A DNA stretch of 37,693 bases from Octopus sinensis (GCF_006345805.1 NW_021829660.1:1-37693), one strand, 5' to 3'. Positions 1-13,621 are shown, numbered from the stretch's first letter. The notes: generated by a model from the letters alone, not told the origin. Numbers and translations are program-made.

Positions 1-303
1 CAAAATACAAAGACTTGAAATAGGGTAACTAGAATGTGGAATCTGAAAACAGAAACAATTCCTATCATAGTAGGTGCATTAGGCATGATAAAAAATAGTC
101 AGACAAATACATAACAAAAACACCAGGACGTACAAACACATATAACATACAGAAAAATTGCACTACTAGGCACTGCACACATCCTACGCAAACACTTTCC
201 ATACAATAACCATCAGAGCATCACAACAAATCACAGCACATACCCAAGGCACACAGAGCTGCGCTCGGTAGTGAAGTGAAAGCACGCTATAAATATAAAA
301 CTA

Positions 304-306
<3 letters not shown>
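1..306 (+). mobile_element. R4/Dong-type non-LTR retrotransposon 3' end (frameshifted RLE C-terminus plus 3' UTR), cut by window start
   Basis: Translates across frameshifts as KYKDL..VTRMWNLKTETIPIIVGALGMIK..DKYITKTPGRTNTYNIQK.IALLGTAHILRK. The same IPIIVGALG / QK.ALLGT..ILR motifs occur in the ORFs at 19691 and 20503. Followed directly by an (AAT)n tail. Confidence 0.85.

Positions 307-369
<63 letters not shown>
307..369 (+). repeat. (AAT)n microsatellite, tail/target of the LINE
   Basis: About 21 perfect AAT units. Confidence 0.95.
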
Positions 370-549
370 CTTTAGATCGATATTTTCAAAACATTTTCAT
401 ATCGCGCCAAATGCGTGCAGAAAGAGAGTGTGTGCGTGTATACATACATCTATGTATATATGTGTGTATTTATATAAAATGAGTTATAACTAGAGAATAA
501 CGGTTTGTTTTTTAAATTGATACCTTTAATAAACTTTATTTATATAATA

Positions 550-1095
550 TATTATTTACAGTTCTTCTGGGATTCTTTTTTTATCGAATATATGAATGCA
601 TAAAAATAACTTAAATACATAAGTTTACATAAGTTTATTTTCCTCTGAAAAATACGTAAATTTTTATTAAGTTATTTTAAATTAGTTTGCTTACATATTA
701 ATACAAAAAACAAAAAAAAATTATTATAGTATAATTTAATATTAATTAGTGTCGGCTTAGTGAGGGTTAAGGATATTTTTCTGAAATAATTTTTGTGTAA
801 TCAGTAAATAATGGAGTTTATTTGAGAATATTTTTAGTAAGTTTATATTGTAATAATGTATTTGTGGTTCTTCTCTTTCTTTCGATCGTATAGATGCTTA
901 CAGATAATACATTACACGATTTTATTTCTTTTTATAAGAACTAAGTAACTTTTGATTAAATTCTCAACGTACACATTACTACGGATAATAAATAATGACT
1001 ATAGTATAATTTATGAAATTAATTATAATATTATTTAGTGTCGGTGTCGTTGAGATAAAGGATATTTTTCTCAGAAAATTGTTTTGTGTACGTTG
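550..1095. repeat. Diverged AT-rich tandem duplication, period about 275-290 bp
   Basis: Collinear anchors TATAGTATAATTT (725/1000), TAGTGTCGG (747/1036), GGATATTTTT (771/1060) and TTTTGTGTA. Confidence 0.7.
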
Positions 1096-1380
1096 AAATT
1101 TTCTAAATAGTACAGAACTGACAGTCAATGCTTACTATTTCACAATAGATTATTAACGAATTATTTCTGTTTTAAAATACTAACGTACAGAAATATACTT
1201 AAATTAATATTCTTAAATATACACACGCGTATTTTATAACCGTTATATTAATTTCTATATTATTTTATTTTATTTATTATTTTTTAAATTAATTATTGAC
1301 GCAAACACTTACAAACATAAATATATATTGAATCAGTCTGTTTTGGGATTTTAAACTTCTCATATGTGATTTTCGTCCGT

Positions 1381-1458
1381 TATCCTGATGAGATTCTTAC
1401 ACCCAAAAATATGAATTTTATTGTTCGTTTTGAGGTGTGAATCGAAACAATTGTAGGA
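1381..1458 (+). ncRNA. Type I hammerhead ribozyme motif with extended helix II (PLE-type)
   Basis: CTGATGA 1385-1391; helix II GATTC/GAATC extended by ACACC/GGTGT and CAAAA/TTTTG; GAAA 1444-1447; palindromic ACAATTGT; GUA triplet. Helix I is weak. Confidence 0.75.
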
Positions 1459-1540
1459 ATTTTATTTATATTTATTTTCATATTTTTATATTATTGTAAT
1501 AATAATATAATATTATGTTAATAATTATTTTCCTCTTATT

Positions 1541-1585
<45 letters not shown>

Positions 1586-2521
1586 ATAATATATGGATTC
1601 AAGTAATCCAGTAGTACTCATAAAAAAGCTCCTCAATGTATCATTCTCCAAAACATAGAATATATAGTACCAGAGAAAACGACAAGGAGTGTATATAGTC
1701 ATAAATGAGAGAGAAATATTTTCAGGAAATTTTATTTAACAATAAGAAAATTCTAATATCACGACTTTCTTTCCCCCTGAGAGCGTAGCTTAAATTCCGC
1801 ATTATTTTGTAAGATATTTTGCATTAATGCAGACATGTAAGTAATTTATTTATTATCAAATGAAATATTATAAGTTATTTACATGTTTAAAGTAACAAAA
1901 CAATCCGTCATAATATTTGAATTTTGGTCTTATTGTTAAATAAAATTTCATCAAATTATTTCTCTGCTATTTATATATTATCATAAGATATGTATAAGAT
2001 ATAATATATATATATATAATATATATATAATATAATATAATATAATATAAATTAATATAATATTATATAATATAATATAATATAATATTAGGGAGTATAA
2101 CTCCAAACTTACAGGGAAAAATTAGATTTAGTATTAAATCAAATTTCACAGTATAAATATATAAATATGAATTAGAGATAAAACCACTATTAGGCAACTC
2201 AACAGTGTAGACATAAACCAATACATAAATAACAAATAATATAATATAATTAATTATATATATATATATATATTAAAATTTTTTTTATCATTCTTTTTAT
2301 ACTTTTTTGAGAAAAAAAATTAATATATATATATATTATATACTATATTAATTATATTTATATTATTTGTTATTTACGTGTGAGAGAGAAAGTGCGTGTG
2401 TCTGTGTGTGTATGTGAGAATTAACTGTTTTTTTATTATCGTACATACTTGTGTATAAGTCACATTATTAGATATATTGCTTGCCTCCCCCATACACACA
2501 CACGCGCGCGCGCGCACACAC

Positions 2522-2556
<35 letters not shown>

Positions 2557-3411
2557 TATTTCACATACAGCATTATTGGCTCAGTAATTGACTCACTTTT
2601 AAGTAATAAACTGTGTTTAACAATATTTATATATGTTTTGAGAAAATATCCATCAAAACTTTGAAGCTAAATATTAAATAATTTCCCTGTAGCCTTATTT
2701 TCATGATGATTATGCGACGATATGTATATACGTGTAATCCATCTAACCTTTTATCACCCTCCTTAATAAGTTGAGTCAAATTATAGAAATTTATATTTGA
2801 AATAATTTCAGGAACTAAATCGAACCGAATTAAGGTATGCCGTAACCTGGGATCGAAACAAGTTGCTTATTTTAATCCCGAGTTACGATATGCATACTGA
2901 ATTCGTGAGTCTTTACGTGTCTGTGTGTGTGTGTATGCGTGAGTGAGAGACGTAATAGAAAGAAAGGATTGTAGTGGTCACACATGCATACTTATCAACA
3001 TAAACACACATAAACAGACACGTTCACGCAGACACACGCACGTGCACAGACGCAGACACACACACACACACAAACGAACACATTCATTAGCATACACATA
3101 CACACACAGTTACACATATCTGTGTAATGTGTGACTTTATGCGCGTGTTCGCATTCGCGTGGATTACGCTTAGAGTAGATTTGAAAAAAAAATACAGTGA
3201 TTAAAATTGAATTCAGTGATTAAAATCAAAAAGCGTGAGAGATTATGTTACCTGATCAATAGATAAATATTGTTGGTTATGGAGCCCAAAAAAGAAAATA
3301 TTTATGAATATATTTGTTGGGTTTTTTTTGCTTATCAATGTGTGATTGTGTGTGCACGCAAACACACACAAACACATATATGAGTATGTTAGCATGTATC
3401 TGTATGAGTAT

Positions 3412-3475
<64 letters not shown>

Positions 3476-3513
3476 ATATATATATATATATACATATACA
3501 TATACATAGGACA

Positions 3514-3672
3514 GGCAGGAGTGGTTGTTGAAAAGTAGTTTGGTTACTAACCACATGGTTCAGAGTTCAGTCCACTGCATGGCACCTTGGGTAAGTCTCT
3601 TCTACTATAGCCTCGGGCCGACTAAAACCTTGTGAGTAGATTTGGTAGACGGAAACTGAAAGAAACTCATCG
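3514..3672 (+). mobile_element. tRNA-derived SINE family A, 5' half
   Basis: Collinear with the copy at 17932 (GTTCAGTC B-box-like motif, CCTTGGG.AAGT, GATTTGGTAGACGGAAACTGAAAGAA). Ends in (TA)n. Confidence 0.85.
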
Positions 3673-3754
3673 TATATATATTATATATATATATTATATA
3701 TATATATATATATATTTGTGTGTGTGGTGTGTGTGGTGTGTGTATGTATATGTA

Positions 3755-3822
<68 letters not shown>

Positions 3823-4321
3823 CATACATACATATGTATGTATGTATATTTGTATATATGTACATATATTTTATCATATATATATATATATATATTATAT
3901 TTATATATACATGTATATGTATGTATGTTATCAGTATATACCTATACCTGCGCGTATAGTTACAATAAATGACAATAGATCAAATCACAACAGGTAAAAA
4001 ATCCAAGTAAAGACTGCCATATTTGACAATCTGACAAGCCGATTTTCTAATCTCATTTATCATCCTATCGTTTTAGGTTTAAATGATGTTTCCACTCTCT
4101 TACTATTTTCTGTCAGTTTCCGTTATATCCACTATAATCTTTGTGTCCTTTACCACAACTTTATTCTAATCTTTAATCAAAATCTTTTACGTTTTTAAGC
4201 CAGGAAGACGCATTTCTTACTTTTAGTTCTACATGAATTTATAGTTATACATGAATTTAAAGAATATTTCATTTCGTTTTGTATTTCTTAGTCTTCGTGC
4301 TTCAGTCGCGCCTTCATTCAG

Positions 4322-4612
4322 ATGTATGTATGTATGTATGTATGTATGTATGTATGTATGTATGTATGTATGTATGTATGTATGCATGCATGCATGCATG
4401 TATGTATGTATGTATGTATGTATGTTTGTATGCATGCATGCATGCATGTATGTATGTATGTATGTATGCATGCATGCATGCATGCATGTATGTATGTATG
4501 TATGCATGTATGTATGTATGCATGCATGTATGTATGTATGTATGTATGTATGCATGCATGTATGTATGTATGGATGGATGTATGGATGCATGTATGTATG
4601 CATGTATATATG
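4322..4612. repeat. (ATGT)n/(ATGC)n compound microsatellite
   Basis: Direct inspection; source of the MYVC/HTYI ORFs. Confidence 0.95.
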
Positions 4613-4974
4613 TATAAATGAAAAATACATTGTAAATAAATATTGACAGATAAAAAAACGTATACGTATAAGAGACAGAGGGTCCCTAATTTTTCATCAG
4701 TCATCAACCAGGATGGTAATACTCAGTTTCGCACCTTTAATAACAAGAGGGGCTTCCCATCTTGGAGGAGCATGCGAAAGACGCATAGAATCGGGCTTCA
4801 AGCAAACGTAACGACACAGAGTGAACATACGAAAGTGAAAAAAAAAATAGAACATAGATCTCTATATTCTATGTGTCATCTTACTTTTTCCTCCAATTTA
4901 CTTTCAAACTTCTAATCTCGCTGAGCTAGACACGTTTATTTCCCTTAATGGCCAACAGAATACGCCACGGATTA

Positions 4975-5193
4975 TTATTTGCAAAGCTGAAATTGGAGTT
5001 TCTTTGTATAGAAGTCAGGGAATAAGCTTTGGTATTCTTCTACATAAAATGTGGCCAGATTAAGTTGTGAACACCGAAGTGTTCTACTGAAACAATGAAG
5101 ACCCGAGGCCTTCATTAATCGAGGCATGTTTTTCATTATATGTGTGTCACCGTGACCATCAGATGGTTCAGACATTAGAGGAACGCCAGGAAA
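4975..5193 (-). other. Candidate terminal coding exon of an unidentified gene
   Basis: Minus-strand TTTCTACAG acceptor (AG at 5194-5195), 72 open codons FPGVPLMSEP...KKLQFQLCK then TAA, and AATAAA (plus-strand TTTATT 4935-4940) about 35 nt downstream. No homology recognised. Confidence 0.25.
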
Positions 5194-5540
5194 CTGTAGA
5201 AAGCATCATATTTTAGAATGCATATTTTGCCCTACACCATCTTGATTTCTCTTGTTCGGCTCAAATAATATGTGATTATATATGTTCGTACGAGTATGTG
5301 TGCGTGCGCGCGTGTACGTGTGCGTGTGCGCGCGCGCGCCGCTCGGCGCCTGCATAGTAATGTCCGAGTGGTTTAGAAGTTTCTTCGCAAACTTGAAATG
5401 ATGGGTCCGATCTTAATGCGTAGCACCTTGACCAAATGTGATCTTCTGTAGCCGCCACGATTTGACTCTTGCCTTGTAAGCAAAACACACATAAAAACAT
5501 ATATGCATGCATATGTATATGTATGTACGTGTACTTGTGC

Positions 5541-6018
<478 letters not shown>

Positions 6019-6354
6019 AGATTTCTGTTTTTTACATGAGAAAGGTGTTTCTCATGAGAAAGGTGGTTGCAGCGGCTGGTACAGTAACGACGGCAGCGAT
6101 GGTTCGGTGTTGAGGTGTAGTATTGGCGAGGGTTGTTGTTGGTGATGGTTGTTGTGCCCGGGTGTTGCGGTAACGATGATGGTAGCGGATGTAGGAGTGT
6201 GGAAATGTGCGCAGTAGGTGGCTCAGGTTGTGACGTGTAGCTGACGTCACAGCAGAGGTCGTGTCATTCGGTTTAATTTCATGCAGAAAAAGTGCCACCT
6301 TCACTTTCTAACATCTTGAGAGGCTCGTCCTTACTTTGTGACCCCCGCCTCAGC

Positions 6355-6780
6355 GATGATGAAAACAGTGAAGGTGGTGGTGATGGTGGTGGTGGTGATG
6401 GTGGTGCTGGTGCTGGTGGGGATGACGATGATGATGATATTAAAGATGATGATGATGACGACGACGATGAGGATAATGATATTAAAGATGGTGATGGTGA
6501 GAGCACAAGAAGAAGGAGAAGAAGAAGAAGAAGAAGAAGAAGAAGAAGAAGAAGAAAGAGAAGAAGAAGAAGAAGAAGAAGAAGAAGAAGAAGAAGAAGG
6601 GAGGAGGAGGAGAAAAAGAAGAAAAAGAAGAACAAGAACAAGAACAAGAACAAGAAGAAAAAGATGAACAAGAACAAGAAGAACAAGAACTAGAAGAAGA
6701 AGAAGAAGAACAACAACAACAACAACAACAACACGAAGAAGAAGAACAACAACAACAACAAAAACCACAACAACAAGACA
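6355..6780. repeat. Compound trinucleotide block (GGT/GAT, GAA, AAGAAC, AAC)
   Basis: Direct inspection. Confidence 0.9.
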
Positions 6781-7094
6781 CATGAGTCAAAATTAATCGA
6801 TGCAAAAGAAGAGAACAACAGAATGAGACATGCATCAGTTGCACAGTTTAATGCACAATCTATATTACAGATGCAACATATTTTAGTTGTATTTGCACTG
6901 AGAATTCCTCACACAGATCGATGAAGAATCAGTTGTCAATCACTTCGTGCACCATTGTCACCCTCCACCCTAACTTACCCCCTTTCACTCTCACCCCGCC
7001 GCCAAAGTTACTCCCTCCTCCTCGTTCTCCGCCCCTTCTTCATCCGCCGTCTCCATCGCCCACGTCGTAATCGCGTTTACCCGCCGCTAAAGTC

Positions 7095-8241
7095 ACTACT
7101 GCCACCACAACTACCAACACCACCAACGCCACCGTCAGCACCACCACTAAAACCACTACCATCACCATCACTACCAAAACCACCACCATTAACACTACCA
7201 CCATCACTAACCACCACCACCATTAATACTACCACAACTACTACCAATACCACTACCACAACTACTACCACCATTACTACCACCACTAACACTAGCACTA
7301 CTAACGCCACCACTATCCCCACAATCACTACTACCACCACTACCACCACCACTACCACCGATTCAACAGTTACAATATCAACAACAACCGCAGTTGACCC
7401 CAGCATCAGCATCAGCATCAGCAGTAAGTCTATTACTAACCCTTGTAATGCTTACCCACCCACCCCATCGCTAGAGGGGCTACCTTGACAGGCATCACAG
7501 TTACCACTGCCTTCGTCCCCACCTCAACCACCACCACTAACAACTACACCACCACCACAAACGCCGATACCAGCAACACTACCCCTATCTTATCTATCAC
7601 AACAACACCACAACCAAACTACTATTACAATCACCACCACCACCACTACATCCATCACTACTCTCTTCTACCCTACCGCCACTACTACCACAAACACCTC
7701 CACCACTACCGAAACCGCCGCCACCTCGCTGCCTCCGCAATTATGACCAGATCCATCATCAACATCACCACCACTACTAAAACCAGAACTATAACTAGGA
7801 TCATCATCACAGCCATCACCACAATCAGCGCAACCAACCCCTCCACCAATATTGTTAATCACTACAAGTACAGCTACCAGCACTACCACCACATCTACCA
7901 CTTCTATCACTAACACTACAGCCTAATATCAAAACTACAGCTACTACCACTACTAAAACAGCAACTGTTACAACTACAACAGCTACCAGTCACCATCACC
8001 ACCACTACTACCATCATCACAGCCATCACCACTGCTACTACCGCTACAATCCAAATCCTCATCAGTACCACTACCACTACCATCACCACCACAACTAGTC
8101 CACCCTCGCAGTTAAAATGTTGCAACAGCAGTTATTAAGTGCTGACTATACATATACCAGTGAATTATATCTGAACTTCATGAACTGTAGCTGTACAGCA
8201 TACTACTACTCTACTACTACCACTGCTACTACAACAACTAT

Positions 8242-8283
<42 letters not shown>

Positions 8284-8630
8284 ACACTACATCTTCCTCA
8301 GTAACGCCTCCACATACCCGCTGCACTCCGTCATCACTTGCAACTGCACCAGTGACTGCACCGCCTCCACCATTAGCACTGCCGTTGCTGCAACCATTGA
8401 TGTCTTTGCAGCTTGGCAATGCACTTGTTAACATATTCATTTTCTATTGTGGGCGTTGTAGTCACCACTTTCATCATGATGATCATGATCATCATCATCA
8501 TCATTATCATCATCATCGTCATCATCATCACTATCATCATCTTATTCGTCATTATCACCATTCTTGTCGTCGTTACTGTCGTCATCGCCGTCATCATCAT
8601 CATCATCATAACATCATCATCATCATCATC
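7095..8630. repeat. Degenerate (ACC/ACT/CAT)n low-complexity block
   Basis: Direct inspection; produces the Thr/His-rich pseudo-ORFs. Confidence 0.85.
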
Positions 8631-8675
8631 ACGAAATTTCATAAGGCTCTCGAATTACATTTGACCTTACAATAA

Positions 8676-8780
8676 AACGACTGGACGACGTTGGAAAATA
8701 TTAGGCTTTACAAAAATGGTAGCAAAAGATGTGTCCTCTGCACTGCAGAAGAAAGTCTGACCATGAAATATTCACTGCAG
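8676..8780 (+). mobile_element. Penelope-like element GIY-YIG C-terminal remnant
   Basis: NDWTTLENIRLYKNGSKRCVLCTAEESLTMKY fits the W.I......Y.....C.LC..EK pattern recalled for Naiad/Chlamys-type PLE endonucleases. Confidence 0.55.
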
Positions 8781-9092
8781 GCAAGGTCCTATTTAAGTGC
8801 TATGTCTATGATTTTTTAATTAATGTAAATGCGCTAATAGGCATTAACACTGTCAATGACAAATTATATTTATGCAGATATAAGAGCATAAGTGCATAAT
8901 GCAACATTTTTAAATGCATTCTTTCCTTTTTTCTTTTTCCTTCCTTTCCTTCATTTTCGTTTCTTTTGCTTCCTTTCTACCGAGATGGAACATTCTTAGG
9001 GAACTGGACCCCGTATAATCGCTACCTTCATTTGGACTTATTTAGAACTCAGTCCATATCAACACATCCAATTTTCAAGCAACATAATCTCT

Positions 9093-9422
9093 TTAATTAA
9101 GTTTATCAGTTCTTTCCGAATCCCCATAAATTATAAGCTTAACAAAAGGGGGATACCTTCTTTTCCCCAGAAATCCCAAAATAAACCAAAAGCAAGTAAA
9201 GAAAGCGTCCTCCTTTTGCAAAGATACACCGCTTAGTCGAAGCCATGGACGTTTCTTTTTAAGACTAAGATTTAGCAATTTTTTAACACGTTTTATTATA
9301 TTTTCTATTTCTTCCCTTGTTATTTCTGCATGAGTATCCATATCAAATGGGCGACATGGGATTTCTGATATTGTATCTGCGTTGGGTGGGAATGAGGTGT
9401 TAACATGTTGCTTGCAATAAAT
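9093..9422 (-). other. Non-repetitive 109-codon open frame of unknown identity (possible exon or pseudogene)
   Basis: The listed ORF extends upstream without a stop: IYCKQHVNTSFPPNADTISEIPCRPFDMDTHAEIT...RTDKLN. Normal amino-acid complexity; no family recognised. Confidence 0.2.
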
Positions 9423-9491
9423 AATCTATCCAACATTGAAGTTAAATAATTTATTTCAGCAGTCTCTATGTTATCTCAACCGCATATATAC

Positions 9492-9537
<46 letters not shown>

Positions 9538-9819
9538 GGAGGGAGAGAGAGAGAGACAGATAGACAGACAGAAACAAGAGACAGAGAGACAGAGAGACAG
9601 AGAGAAAGAGAGAGAAATAGTTGAAGTGATAGATAGATATACATGTAAGCATATGTATATAGATATACGTATATATATATATAACATGTATACATATATA
9701 TATATAAATGTATGTATATACGTATATACATATGTATATATATGTATGTGTGTGTCTGCACATATATATGTGTGTGTGTGTATGGCTGCATGCATGTATT
9801 TACAGAACACTATCGTCCA

Positions 9820-10516
9820 GAGCCACAACCACCACCACAACCATCACCACCACCAACAACAACAACACAACCACCACCATCGACACTTAAAATGCTGCAA
9901 CAGCAATTACTAAAATTACTAAGAGCTCACTGCACAGGTGAAGTACAACTGAACTACATGGAATAAAATAGAATATCGTCAAACCACCACCAACACCAAC
10001 ACCACCACCCACCAACATTACCATCACTGTCACCACCACCACCACCACCACCATCACCACCACCAAGAGCAACAACAACCGCACTATCACTACCACACCC
10101 AATTGCATCTGCACGCACCCGTTGCACTCCATCGATACCTCCACTATCACCACCGCCACCACTACTGCCGCCACCATCAGCAAAGGAACTGGATGGCAGG
10201 TTTGCTTTTTGTAAAGTCCGTTATTGCAAGCAACCGTTAACAATATCGTTGTCGTCGTCGTCCTCTTCCTCCTCCTCGCTGTAACCATGATTATCATCAT
10301 CGTCGTCGTCGTCATCGTCGTCGTCGTCATCGTCGTCGTCGTCATCGTCGTCGTCGTCATCGTCGTCGTCGTCATCGTCGTCGTCGTCATCGTCGTCGTC
10401 GTCATCGTCGTCGTCACAATCATTTTTCATATGCTACCATATCATCTGTCATCATTAGCAAAGATGTTTTCTTGAAACATGCAATTTGTGACTAAATTGT
10501 ATGTGTGTAGTGTGTA

Positions 10517-10601
<85 letters not shown>

Positions 10602-10742
10602 TATTATATACATATACATATACACACATACATTTATATATATATATATTATATATATTATACATACATACATAATATATATATTAATATATATGTGTGT
10701 GTATATATATACAATATTTTATATATATTGATATATATATAT

Positions 10743-10784
<42 letters not shown>

Positions 10785-11035
10785 TGATTGATAGATAGAT
10801 ACATGCTTGTGTGTGTGTGTATGTGTGTATGTGTGTGTGCGTGTGTACGTGTGTGTGTATCAACAAGTATTTGTATTTGTGTGCAGATATTCTATCTGAC
10901 TCTAAATATGTATACAAGTGAGTGTGTATATCTTTGCATCCGTATGGAATTATGATTGCACAACAGATAGATACATTTTTGTATATAATTTCACTATTAC
11001 GTACTCATATATAGGCGTTAACATATATATATATA

Positions 11036-11119
<84 letters not shown>

Positions 11120-11374
11120 GATATATATATACATATATACATATATATATATATATATGTACATGCGTGTATGTGCATGCATGTATGATCATATATACTT
11201 ACACATATAAGTAGATGTGCATGCATAAACACGTATATATACATGAGAATGCGTATATGGTAGTCGACTTTAATGAAATTCTATCTGTGAATACGTGTGT
11301 ATATGCATCGATTATTGCACTTTTGGATGCACTTATATTGGGTTTCAGCAGGTGGTATATATATAAAAAAAATA

Positions 11375-11428
<54 letters not shown>

Positions 11429-11752
11429 CATATATATGTGTGTGTGATATATACATGCATACGTATACATACATATGCATATATATATATAAAATATATA
11501 TATATATATACATACATACATAATATATGCATGCACACACATGCACACACACACGCGCACATACATACACATATGTATATATAATCAAATACAAAAACGA
11601 TCACCCTCCGCTCCACCATCAAAGTCACCGAACACCATCACCTCAATCTTTACCATCATCATCATCATCATCATCATCATCATTATCATCATCATCATCA
11701 TCACCATCATCATCATCAACATCATCACCATCATCCTCATCATCATCATTAT

Positions 11753-11784
<32 letters not shown>

Positions 11785-12400
11785 CCATCATCCGCCCCCT
11801 CTAACAGCGCCACCGACATCTACAACAGCGACATCGATACCAGTAGTTGAAATTGCTGCAACTGCACTTATTATGTGCTGACTGCACAGGTGAAGTACAC
11901 TTGAACTTCATAGAGTACACGTGAACAACACTAGCACTATCATCACTACTACTACTACCACTACTACTACTACCATCAGCACTAGCTACACATACCCGTT
12001 GAACTCCAGCGACACCTACAGCACCAGCAAAGACACCACCACCATCAGTAATTCCGACGCTGCTACACACCTCTTTCATACCAGCATACCCCTGCACATA
12101 CCCGCCACACAGCACTGCCACTAATGGTGGGGTGGGTGGGGTTGTGGAGGCGGTACTAGAGGCAATGCTGCCTCCACCACCACCGCCGCCTAAGACGTTG
12201 TTGCATCCATTGTTCTCTTTGTTGAAGCAGCTTCCTCGTCATTGTACCTAGCGTCGCCGTTGCCGTCGCCATCGGTGCCATCTTCATCATTATCGTCATT
12301 ATCATCATCATCATCATCAACATTATCGTCATCGCCCTCGCTATCGTCATGACCGCCACCGTCCTCATCGTCGTCGTCGTCGTCATCACCCTCGCTAACA
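9820..12400. repeat. Alternating blocks of (ACC/CAT/GTC)n and (TA)/(GATA)/(GT)n microsatellites
   Basis: Direct inspection. Confidence 0.9.
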
Positions 12401-12575
12401 GCTATCATATCCCAAGTTATATGACCTGTCATCATTAGCAGAAAGTTATTTCCTTAAAACATGCAATTTAGTTAAAATTGTGTGTCCGTGTGTTTGTGTA
12501 TGTCTATGCAACACACACACACACACTCATATATATGCATACATACAACATATATATATATATATATACATATAA

Positions 12576-12623
<48 letters not shown>

Positions 12624-13037
12624 TATATAATAATATAAATAAATATGTGTGTGTGTGCGTAATATATATATATCTATAAATATGTGTAAGTATGTGTATA
12701 TATATACATATATATTATATATATTATATATATATGCGTACATATATATATGGAGAGAGAGGGGGGAGAGAAAGAGAGAGAAATATTCAGTATATAACTT
12801 AACTTATTCAACAAAGTTCAACCAATTCATTCATATTTATGAAATAAAGGAGATTAGATGTTAAAATGGATTTTGGTTTTTATTTCCATATTCCTATACG
12901 ACTGTTTCTTACAAATGGACCCAGATATTCATAAATAGAAGACCGTAATGGTCAAATTTGTAGTCTTCAGTATACAATTTAAGGACGAACATACATTCAT
13001 TCGATAAAATGTATATATTATATATATATGTGTGTGT

Positions 13038-13069
<32 letters not shown>

Positions 13070-13109
13070 CTGTGTGTGTGTGGTGTGTGTGTGTGTATGT
13101 GTGTGTGTG

Positions 13110-13171
<62 letters not shown>

Positions 13172-13199
13172 TAAATGTATGTGTATTTTTTCAATGTGT

Positions 13200-13573
13200 A
13201 CAAACAACACGGAAAAAATAAATAGTTACCAGGGTATCAAAAAGTTTACATAAGTACCAAGGATGTTACAACCTACTTATAAAGGTAGAAATTCCAGGAT
13301 TTAGTGAAATGTTTTTGTATGACAGAGAAATAAATAAATAGACTTGAACGCAGGTGTTATTCAAATCGTTATACTTCCGACATACGTTTCGAAGAAAACA
13401 TTGGTATTATTCCAGAGGGAATAAAATGATGTAAAACAATGCGATCTTCTCATCAGGAGAAAAAAAGAAGCAAAACACATCAATAAGCCATTTTAACCGT
13501 CTATGTGCTACTTATACCCCACCCCCGTTATTTCCTGTGAGTAGGCCTTCCTTCTCTCTTACTCTGACTGTCT

Positions 13574-13621
<48 letters not shown>

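Noticed and set aside
4690-4735. Minus-strand GAAAC..GUA..CUGAUGA in type II hammerhead order
   Set aside because: Helix II cannot form (AAAAUU versus GGUGC).
6955-8431. Mucin-like or Thr/Pro/His-rich protein
   Set aside because: No consistent frame, start or splice structure; explained by degenerate ACC/ACT repeats.
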